DNA of 63,848 nt, counting the filler, from Octopus bimaculoides (Eukaryota): the NCBI RefSeq assembly GCF_001194135.2. It is 10 parts of 9 records of this genome, joined end to end, with 100 filler letters (N's around TTAATTAATTAA, not from the genome) between each part and the next. Parts side by side here need not be neighbours in the genome. Positions count along the whole stretch, not along the records: positions 21,581 to 41,655 come from NC_068994.1; 9 more parts are not named here. One strand, written 5' to 3'. Of the stretch, positions 27,128 through 36,715 are shown piece after piece (position 1 is the stretch's first letter; every line of letters starts with the position of its first letter). A program made the translations under genes and the position numbers. The notes below the pieces were generated by a model, which ran no database searches, was not told the DNA's origin, and saw only the letters and a program-made list of their open reading frames with translations.

Positions 27128-27445
27128 TTCATGCCCTCTCCAGTTTTGCGCAGGCCTGGGCTAGATGTAAGAAAATCCTGGGTAGCCCAATCGTCAGGAT
27201 TCCTCTCTCGACCTTGCTGACGTAGTCCAAAGGAATGCAGAGCATTACGTTTGGCACCAGCTTGGTTGCAGGAGCTGCCGGAAGAGTGTCGAGTTGAACA
27301 CTAAACCGCGTACAGAGCTCCACTCCGGATTTCTTTGAAGGTTGTCTCCTTTCCGTAACCCTGGATAGGGGCCCATACCGGGTACTGTCAGCCGGAGCCA
27401 GCTGAGCCCGGGACTTGTGTCAAGCAGGGTCGTCACTCCCTGAAG
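27128..27445 (-). mobile_element. RTE-like LINE 5' UTR fragment
   Basis: GC-rich. Shares GAGTGGAG...GACACTCYTCCGG..CTCC with 51305-51360 and resembles 5' UTRs of RTE-BovB-like elements (pattern recognition). Confidence 0.55.
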
Positions 27446-27544
27446 TAGTGAAGAAAATCGCTACCCACTACACACACAACCCTGCTAAATATAAAACACA
27501 CATACACAGACTCATACACACACACCACACTGAACTCTAAGACC

Positions 27545-28712
27545 AGTCAACAGAAAGAAATAAGAGAAAATAAACAGAGAGAGAATTTTAAAAATTGTAG
27601 ATTTAGTGGTCAAGCATGGTGAATGATTAGAAAAAAGTTTGAAAGAAGAGGTTGAAAGAAAGGGAGATAATAAAGTGTGGTGATCCCAAATGAAGGTGCG
27701 CGCGTGTGTGCGTGTATGTGAGAATGGTGTATGTGAATGTGTAAGTGTGTGGGGGAGAAAAGGGACAAGTGACTTTGACTTGTGTGAGTGTGTGTATGTG
27801 TGTAAGTGTGTGCGTCTGTAACGTGTGGTTGCTCATATATGTGTGGTGATGCTATTGAAGATTGTGTGTAGGTACGTGGATGATGGTGTGTGGGGTGGGT
27901 GTTGAGAAGTGGTCAGTGCTAGTGTGCATGGAGTGGTGTGGGCTGTGGTGTAGTGTGGGTGTGTGATGTTGGGGTGTGGGAGTAGGGTGAGGGTTGAGTG
28001 TGGTAGGGGTGGGATGTGTGTGTGGGGGTATCATTGAAGCAAGGAGGTGGGTAGGAGTGAAGAGAAAAAGGAGGTGTCAGATGAAGAGAGGTAGGGAGTT
28101 AGATGAAGAGAGAAGGGGAGTTGAGTCCATATGGCGCAAAGGAGCGAAGAGAGAAGATTAACTCTCGTTCACGGCGATGGTGGGATTCCGGATGGCCCCT
28201 GTGCAAAGATAGTCCGAACACAGTCAGATGTTGTAGTAAATGACCGGTAGAGCAGAAATGGCGCGAGACCGGAGTATCATTGCTGAGTATCAACTGGTCA
28301 GCCAAGCGGCGTCCCGTTTAACCGATGTACAGGGAAGGGCAGAAAGAGCAGGAGATGCAGTAAATGACATTACTAGAAGTGCAGATAAAGAAGTCGGTGA
28401 TGTGATAGGGACGATGATGGTGTCTGTGAGGATGGTAGTGAGGATAGTAGGGGCAAGTACGGCGGCGTGGGCGGGAGCAGGGGAACGAGCCAGGCTGGGA
28501 GGTGACGGTTAGGAAAGAAACTGTGGACCAGGAGGTCACGCAGGTTGTGGGCTCGTTTGAAGGAGGGAAGAAATAAGTTGGAGATGTGCGAGGTGGAGCG
28601 ATCGGAAGTCGCCGGAAGGCTCAGAGAAGGGTACGCTGGAGTGGCAGGGTGGAGGGGTGACGTGAGACGGGTAACAACGGGGCAGGTGCGGAGAGAAAGA
28701 GCAGAGACATGG
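27545..28712 (-). mobile_element. Penelope-like element 3' part: GIY-YIG endonuclease pseudogene plus downstream pLTR
   Basis: FKRAHNLRDLLVHS, GSFPCSRPRRRTCPY, CTSSNVIYCISC..CPSLYIG, PVSRHF..GH and RERELIFSLRSFAPYGLN are PLE linker and GIY-YIG motifs; frameshifted. Confidence 0.88.
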
Positions 28713-28866
28713 NNNNNNNNNNNNNNNNNNNNNNNNNNNNNNNNNNNNNNNNNNNNNNNNNNNNNNNNNNNNNNNNNNNNNNNNNNNNNNNNNNNNNNNN
28801 NNNNNNNNNNNNNNNNNNNNNNNNNNNNNNNNNNNNNNNNNNNNNNNNNNNNNNNNNNNNNNNNNN

Positions 28867-28869
<3 letters not shown>

Positions 28870-28902
<33 letters not shown>

Positions 28903-29225
28903 CATATGTGGGCACAGGACGTCATGAAACATGTACAACAAAAAAGTACGAAGCACAAGTACATGGAATATGAACTATTGTTTCGAACAAAGAAAGACAC
29001 AAATGCAAAACAAAACAAACAGCATAAGACCGACCCTTCATCAGTTGTTGGCTGTTTTTCTAGTCTCGTATTTCGAGCATTTAACAACAATATACGCTTT
29101 CGATAAAACATTTGCGTATGTATATATATAGGCAAATATACATACGTATATGTACATACTTATATCTATACGTATATATATAAGCATATGTGGACACAGG
29201 ACGTCATGAAACGTGTACAACAAAA
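28870..29225 (-). mobile_element. Penelope pLTR remnants upstream of the PLE ORF
   Basis: CTGATGAAGGG...CGAAAC on the minus strand (28979-29044); a 45-bp segment (AAGCATATGTGGRCACAGGACGTCATGAAAC) is duplicated at ~28899 and ~29182. Confidence 0.45.
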
Positions 29226-29515
29226 ACCCAAAATTGAGATTTTATGAACGTCGTAATGTGCATTTTACGATACAAATACGATATATTTTTGTGACAAATT
29301 TTTCTGCTTTGTAAGGGTAATTTACCCAGTATTCCTGTTGTTCTAACGGCAATTCTGCGTTCGAAAAAAGTATCATCTTATTTGTATCGTACAATATTCA
29401 AAAGAGCTTTTTGTTAAAATTGTGGCAAGTTCTGTATGCTTGTTACTTCAAACTTATAATTTTCAACGTGAATTTATCCCGTTTTCCCTTCATTTTTTCA
29501 TGGCTCTTCGCCTCT

Positions 29516-29552
<37 letters not shown>

Positions 29553-30239
29553 CTGAATAAATTTGCAGAGCTACAATTTGTTTTAGAATATTGGTAGGTT
29601 CAATGTCTCTTAGGTACTTATTCCTATTGATTCACTCACCATCCCACTGAATGATAAATTTAGATTATCAACCTTCATAATGTTTTCTTTTTTCTGTCTA
29701 ATCAACATAACAGAAACTTATCTTTACACACTCATTGACTCACCGATACCACACTTCCCACCCAAACGAGCCCACACACAATTGACAGTGTTATACATAC
29801 AAATAGAGGAAAAACAATAACAAAGAACCGTAAGAATACGCTTCCTCGTCAAAAGAGAAAAAAAAAATCCTACACCCTTAACACTTCTAGACAAAATTAA
29901 TCAATACCCATTTCGAAAATTCTCACAATCTATTACAAGAGTATCAGACTCGTCTAACATCGCAGACCGGATTCAATAGGAAAACAAATAAAAATAAAAA
30001 TAAAAAAGAATAAAAAGAGAATAAAAAGACATCCCGCGACCAGATAGTGACAAATATTCCTGAAAAGCCTATGCAAAATGTAGGCTCGAGTAAATAAAGG
30101 GAGACAACTCTGAGCACATACTAAGAATGCATAAGGCTAAATTCAATGATTTTTATCTCCCCTCCTTTCAAGAAAGAACCTAATATATTGGTGAACATTC
30201 AACGACGTTGTAGGGTACAAAGATTAAAGTTGTAGTTCA

Positions 30240-30920
30240 GAAAAAGTTAGCTGACATGGCGGACAGGAAGCCATATGAATATAGGAAAAGTGCTACCTGT
30301 ATTGTGATGATTCGCGCTGGTTACCAAACTGCTGATATCACGACGGTTGTTCAATGATTTGTGAACACTGTAAAGGCTGTATGGGAGTAGCTGCAACGGA
30401 TACTACGAAGCCGTAGCCAGCAGGAAGGGATGCAACAGGCGTTCTGCCTGTATCCACACGCCGGAATTCATCCAACAACTTATGAACAGGGCCTTAAGTT
30501 CAATTCAGACGGTTATTTGAAGCTGCTAAAGACTGATGAAATCCCTGCTTGTAGAGTGTTGCTGTTGGAAGACCATGTGTGTGGCAGCAGGATTCGGCTC
30601 CTTACCTTACCAAAAGTGGTTGCTAGGGAATTTCTACGACTTCACCAGCCCCAACTTCTGTCTTCTTAATTCCCTTCATTCTAACCCCATAGATTACTGA
30701 TGTATGGTGCGGTTGAGAAACACACCATCCACTTCATCTGCAACGGAACGCCTACTTGATCTCCTTTCGAACACCTCATTGATCTTGGCCACCAGCTTGG
30801 CAGCCAAGATCAAGAGGATGTTCGAAGATCTTCCCAGGAACACTGTGAAGAACGTATGTGTCAGGTTCCTGAACCATTTTAAGACCATGGTTGAAGCAGA
30901 GGGTGACTACTTTAAGTAAA
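30240..30920 (+). pseudogene. Internally deleted Tc1/mariner (maT-like) transposase remnant
   Basis: Decayed WPxxSPDLNPxDY region (TTAATTCCCTTCATTCTAACCCCATAGATTAC) and C-terminal ...FKTMVEAEGDYFK*, homologous to the ...LEVVVEANDDFIE* end of the 48.5 kb copy. Confidence 0.7.
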
Positions 30921-31786
30921 CTGTTATCTGCAAGCCATAATTTTTTTTTTTAGCGCCCTTTCAAAGCTTAGCCAGGCTCATGGGCCCGGTTTCCCAGTTT
31001 CTATGGCGTATGTGTCCCCTCCCCAGCTGGACGGGACGCCAGTCCATCGCAGCGTTACCCAAGAAACAGGAAGAAAGAGTGAGAGAAAGTTGGGGCGAAA
31101 GAGNNNNNNNNNNNNNNNNNNNNNNNNNNNNNNNNNNNNNNNNNNNNNNNNNNNNNNNNNNNNNNNNNNNNNNNNNNNNNNNNNNNNNNNNNNNNNNNNN
31201 NNNNNNNNNNNNNNNNNNNNNNNNNNNNNNNNNNNNNNNNNNNNNNNNNNNNNNNNNNNNNNNNNNNNNNNNNNNNNNNNNNNNNNNNNNNNNNNNNNNN
31301 NNNNNNNNNNNNNNNNNNNNNNNNNNNNNNNNNNNNNNNNNNNNNNNNNNNNNNNNNNNNNNNNNNNNNNNNNNNNNNNNNNNNNNNNNNNNNNNNNNNN
31401 NNNNNNNNNNNNNNNNNNNNNNNNNNNNNNNNNNNNNNNNNNNNNNNNNNNNNNNNNNNNNNNNNNNNNNNNNNNNNNNNNNNNNNNNNNNNNNNNNNNN
31501 NNNNNNNNNNNNNNNNNNNNNNNNNNNNNNNNNNNNNNNNNNNNNNNNNNNNNNNNNNNNNNNNNNNNNNNNNNNNNNNNNNNNNNNNNNNNNNNNNNNN
31601 NNNNNNNNNTTTCATCGTGCAGAGATTAATCACTCTACATAAGTGAGTGAAAACATTATGTCACGTGATATTTTCTCATTAATAAATATAATTAAAAAAA
31701 AAAAATTTTTTTTTACAGCTCTAGAATGTTAAATAAAATCATATCATCAAAGGCAAAGTTAAACTCATAAAGATAGTTGAGCATGC

Positions 31787-32167
31787 TCTTTTACTCTTTT
31801 ACTTGTTTCAGTCATTTGACTGTGGCCATGCTGGAGCACCGCCTTTAGTCGAGCAAATCGACCCCAGGACCTATTCTTTGTAAGCCTAGTACTTATTCTA
31901 TCGGTCTCTTTTGCCGAACCGCTACGTGACGGGGACATAAGCACACCAGCATCGGTTGTCAAGCAATGCTACGGGGACAAACACAAACACACACATACAT
32001 ATATACGACGGGCTTCTTTCAGTTTCCGTCTACCAAATCCACTCACAAGGCTTTGGTCGGCCCGAGGCTATAGTAGAAGACACTTGCCCAAGATGCCACG
32101 CAGTGGGACTGAACCCGGAACCATGTGGTTGGTAAACAAGCTACTTACCACACAGCCACTCCTGCGC
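31787..32167 (-). mobile_element. Full-length tRNA-derived SINE family A
   Basis: Minus-strand head GCGCAGGAGTGGCTGTGTGG (A box) ... GGGTTCAGTCCC (B box), internal (TG/TA)n, and tail ending (AAAAGAGT)n. Confidence 0.9.
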
Positions 32168-32357
32168 TTATATGTTTAAAAATCCAATAATTTTGTTTTT
32201 TATTTCACATTTTAAGATTAGCTCACAACCTTGAATTTTATGCATGTTTAATGCTGCGAACATATCAAGCGTTGTACGAAGGGGCGCTCAGAAGTTCCTG
32301 GCATTGGGTAAAAGAAAATACAGGGGGATTAGTTAATTATGATTTTATTCAATATAT

Positions 32358-33425
32358 AGGCGCAGGTGTGGCTGTGTGGTAAGAAGCTTGCTTCCCAACC
32401 ACATGGTTCCGGGTTCAGTCCCACTGCGTGGCACCTTAGACAAGTGTTTTCTACTGTAGCCTCGGGTCAACCAAAGCCTTGTGAGTGAATTTGGTAGACG
32501 GAAACTGGAAGAAACCTGTTGTATATATATATATATNNNNNNNNNNNNNNNNNNNNNNNNNNNNNNNNNNNNNNNNNNNNNNNNNNNNNNNNNNNNNNNN
32601 NNNNNNNNNNNNNNNNNNNNNNNNNNNNNNNNNNNNNNNNNNNNNNNNNNNNNNNNNNNNNNNNNNNNNNNNNNNNNNNNNNNNNNNNNNNNNNNNNNNN
32701 NNNNNNNNNNNNNNNNNNNNNNNNNNNNNNNNNNNNNNNNNNNNNNNNNNNNNNNNNNNNNNNNNNNNNNNNNNNNNNNNNNNNNNNNNNNNNNNNNNNN
32801 NNNNNNNNNNNNNNNNNNNNNNNNNNNNNNNNNNNNNNNNNNNNNNNNNNNNNNNNNNNNNNNNNNNNNNNNNNNNNNNNNNNNNNNNNNNNNNNNNNNN
32901 NNNNNNNNNNNNNNNNNNNNNNNNNNNNNNNNNNNNNNNNNNNNNNNNNNNNNNNNNNNNNNNNNNNNNNNNNNNNNNNNNNNNNNNNNNNNNNNNNNNN
33001 NNNNNNNNNNNNNNNNNNNNNNNNNNNNNNNNNNNNNNNNNNNNNNNNNNNNNNNNNNNNNNNNNNNNNNNNNNNNNNNNNNNNNNNNNNNNNNNNNNNN
33101 NNNNNNNNNNNNNNNNNNNNNNNNNNNNNNNNNNNNNNNNNNNNNNNNNNNNNNNNNNNNNNNNNNNNNNNNNNNNNNNNNNNNNNNNNNNNNNNNNNNN
33201 CCGTGGATTTGGTAGCTGAAAAGAAACCCATCGTGTGTGAGTGTGTGTATGTTAGTGTGTGTGTGTGTGTGTGCCTTTGTGCCTGTTTTTGTCCCTCCCA
33301 TCACTTTACAGCCCGTATTGGTTTGTTACCGACCCCATAACCTAATGGCAGTGGATTCATTCGACTAAAAACATTTTCAAGACGGAGCTCCAGTATGGCC
33401 GCACTCTAATGACTGAAACGAGTAA
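32358..33425 (+). mobile_element. SINE family A copy interrupted by an assembly gap
   Basis: Head at 32358-32522; SINE-like body and tail (...CTCTAATGACTGAAACGAGTAATAAAA) resume after the gap. Confidence 0.7.
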
Positions 33426-33472
33426 TAAAAATGTGCGCACGCGCACACACACACACTAACATACACACACAT

Positions 33473-33512
<40 letters not shown>

Positions 33513-33544
33513 CGTCTTATATACCACTCGCAACAACCTCAGTA

Positions 33545-33690
33545 TTGAACTGGTATTTATTTAATCGAACCCGAAAGGATGAAAGGTGAAGTTGACCTCG
33601 ACGGAATTTGAACTCGGTACGTAAAGTCAGACGAAATGCTGTTAATCATTTTTGTCCGGCTTGCTAATGATTCTGCCAACTCGCCGACTT
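33545..33690 (-). mobile_element. SINE family C
   Basis: CCCGAAAGGATGAAAGGTGAAGTTGACCTCGACGGAATTTGAACTC core. Confidence 0.75.
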
Positions 33691-34399
33691 AGCTTGAAAC
33701 CGTTCGTCTGCTTAACATTGTAAGGGACATAACTCTTGCTTATGTAAATTACATTAATTTTTCTTTAAAAAAAAATATCTTTCCATTAAGAACATTTGGA
33801 TTAATAAGCAGTGTGACAGCTTGTATTCTGATCTTCGCCCCTTCTCTTTCTAATGTTTCAAACAATATCTCAATGAAAATGAGAGAGGGAGGAATGTAAA
33901 TTCACAGCAAATCTAAGCATCGACCATAATTCTATCCTACGTGGTTATAATAAAGATATTCATTAATGATGCTAGCTTGAATCTGCAATTTGTTTCATTA
34001 AAAACAAAATGAAAAAATAAAGTAAAATATAAACAAGAGCACTCGGTGCAAAGCTCCGCCAAGACAACACCAACGTCCTCTCGACGATTAACCAGAGATA
34101 ATTTTTAAAACGAGAATATCTGAAATAAACTCGACTGCTCTCACAAACGAGAATACTAAAAATGAACCCGATTGCTCTCAAAAATTAAGTAAAAAATCCG
34201 GGAAAATAATCCAGAATCCTTGTCCAGTTTAATTTGTTGTTAACGTCTGTATAATGGAAAAATTGGTTTCCTTTATTAACTGACCTTTTAAGGTAGATAA
34301 CCCTGGATATACTGTTTAACACCGTAGTAGACCGCATGCTATACTAGCACCAAAAGTAGTTACTCAACACAACATACATGTATGTATGTATGTATGTAT

Positions 34400-34890
34400 G
34401 GGTTATGAGTAATTTTGCCAAATTTGGTGAAAAATTTGTGGCGGTGTATTGAACAGATTTTCACCAAATTTGGCAAAAATACTCATAACCCTAAACGTAA
34501 CTCTAACTCTAAAACCCGAACCCTAACCCTAACTCTAAAACCCGAACCCTAACACTAAAACCCTAAAGCTAAAACCAGTACAAACGCACGAACGATGTCA
34601 TAAATAATAGTACCGCCGATAGTTGTTGACAAACAACGGCACTAATTTTATTCAAGGGAAAAGATCCCATTACACCGCCACAACGTGTTGTTGACAATCC
34701 ACAGCAGTAATTGTTTTCACCTCAATAGACGTCAGTGATTGGTTGAAATTACCGAAATACGACAATTTAAAAAATATATAACTTTAAAAATATAAACTTT
34801 TCTCAACAACACTCAGTGTAAAAGATGTTTTATATGATACATTCTACCAGTGTCCCAAGTTTGAAAGTGTTTCGTTAAGAAAACAAATAG
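34400..34890. mobile_element. Non-autonomous element with hairpin, telomere-like repeats and subterminal inverted repeat (Helentron/HINE-like)
   Basis: 34-bp inverted repeat with 1 mismatch (34400-34433 / 34458-34491); degenerate (TAACCC)-like array at 34485-34575; 13-bp inverted pair TTGTGGCGGTGTA (34436) / TACACCGCCACAA (34671). Confidence 0.45.
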
Positions 34891-36112
34891 TGTCGGCCAA
34901 ATTTTCTGATCCAACACTTGTGGACTGCTCGTCAGACTCTATATAAATGCACAATTNNNNNNNNNNNNNNNNNNNNNNNNNNNNNNNNNNNNNNNNNNNN
35001 NNNNNNNNNNNNNNNNNNNNNNNNNNNNNNNNNNNNNNNNNNNNNNNNNNNNNNNNNNNNNNNNNNNNNNNNNNNNNNNNNNNNNNNNNNNNNNNNNNNN
35101 NNNNNNNNNNNNNNNNNNNNNNNNNNNNNNNNNNNNNNNNNNNNNNNNNNNNNNNNNNNNNNNNNNNNNNNNNNNNNNNNNNNNNNNNNNNNNNNNNNNN
35201 NNNNNNNNNNNNNNNNNNNNNNNNNNNNNNNNNNNNNNNNNNNNNNNNNNNNNNNNNCTTTATATTGAACACTCAATATTTCATATATTCAATAAGACAT
35301 ATTCCATATATTCAATAAGACATTCAATATTTCATTTCATTGTACCATCCATTTTTATATTATATATTATATATTCCATATTCTATATCCCACATTAATT
35401 TTACAAGAATATAAATAAAACATAAAAAACAGAGTTGAAACTCTTTTAAATAAAATAATATATTCCTCTGTACACGATCATACAAAACCCTTTTTTTGTA
35501 TTTATTTTTACTCACATATATATGTATATATATATATATATAGGAGAGTATATATATAGGAGAGTATTGTAGTTCGCTTGAAGCATTGTGTATTGTTTGT
35601 AAAATATAATGTGTCTTGAATGGCACAACAATGGACTATAATAATCATCCATAGTCTGATATAATATTTCGGATTATTTTCGATTCCTTCCTTAAGATGT
35701 TGGAGATAGACTGTTTCAGTCTGGATAGTTTGTAGCTGAGTTCTCGGTTGGTTGGGGGTGGGTGAAGTAGGTGGTCTAGTTGGTACGTGGGAAATCTGCC
35801 AAGTGTGTTGTTGTTCTTCTTCTTTATCACCGATAGCCATTTGAGTTGGTTGGCTGTTTGACAAAAGTTGTCTTCCAGGTCGAATAAGATTTCCTCGTTC
35901 GGCTGTTAGCTCAAGTTCTCTGGTTTATACCAGTGTTCAGTGAAAAACTAAATACGTTAGTTTTTGCATTGATGTATATTAGTACTCCATTTTCTTCTTT
36001 TTCTCATTCATATGTGTGTGTGTGTGTGTGTGAAAGAGGACAACAAACAGCGAGGCATAACAAGTATCTCAAGTCATATACATTATTTTATATTATTCTT
36101 AAATTAGATGTG

Positions 36113-36188
36113 GTCTTACAGCTGTTTCTGGGATATCCCGAGTGATAGGCGAGTATGCCTGAATATGGGGTACTCCGTCATCAGAGAC
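36113..36188 (-). ncRNA. Minimal type I hammerhead ribozyme candidate
   Basis: GUCU / CUGAUGA / long stem II / GAAA / palindromic ACAGCUGU / GUA cleavage / AGAC (4-bp stem I). The stem II closing pair is C.A, possibly from CpG decay. Confidence 0.6.
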
Positions 36189-36254
36189 AAGTAGAGAACA
36201 TATGAAAGATCTAAACATGGAAAATTCGCAGATAGTAAGCGAATTTGTCTACTT

Positions 36255-36330
36255 GTCTCTGATGACGGAGTACCCCATATTCAGGAATACTCGCTTATCA
36301 CTTGGAATATCCAAGAAACAGCTGTAAGGC
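36255..36330 (+). ncRNA. Minimal type I hammerhead ribozyme candidate (inverted copy)
   Basis: GUCU-CUGAUGA...GAAACAGCUGUA-AGGC; stem I has one G.U pair and the stem II base is poorly paired. Confidence 0.5.
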
Positions 36331-36549
36331 CTCGGCCAATTTAAGAATAATATAAAATAATGTGACTTGAGATGCTTGTTATGCCTCGGCGTTTGTTGTC
36401 CTCTTTCACAAATATGTATCTACTAAATCGGAAACCTGTAAAGGATCCATAGCTCCCGTCTCAGTTACGAGCTTGGATCCCCGAAAATCCGTTACAGCAA
36501 TTACCCAGCGTATCTATTCGTTCGTTTAGCTCACCAATAAACTTAACCT

Positions 36550-36715
36550 CCCGCAGGAGTGGCTGTGTGGTAAGTAACTTGCTTACCAATCACATGGTTC
36601 CGGGTTCAGTCCCACTGCGTGGCACCTTGGGCAAGTGTTCTTCTACTATAGCCTCGGGCCGACCAAAGCCTTGTGAGTGGATTTGGTAGACGGAAACTGA
36701 AAGAAGCCCGTCGTA
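36550..36715 (+). mobile_element. SINE family A, 5' half (rest in gap)
   Basis: CGCAGGAGTGGCTGTGTGG...GGGTTCAGTCCC...GAAGCCCGTCGTATA. Confidence 0.88.

Larger units (their letters stand above)
35630..36416 (-). mobile_element. Penelope-like 5' end: head-to-head inverted pLTR pair plus possible ORF N-terminus
   Basis: Inverted arms at ~36009-36195 and 36248-36416, each with a hammerhead core. A minus-strand ORF remnant (PNEEILFDLEDNFCQTANQLKWL...) starts just downstream of the minus arm. Confidence 0.65.

Noticed and set aside
34485-34575. True telomere or chromosome end
   Set aside because: Short, degenerate, interstitial and embedded in a repeat-like element.
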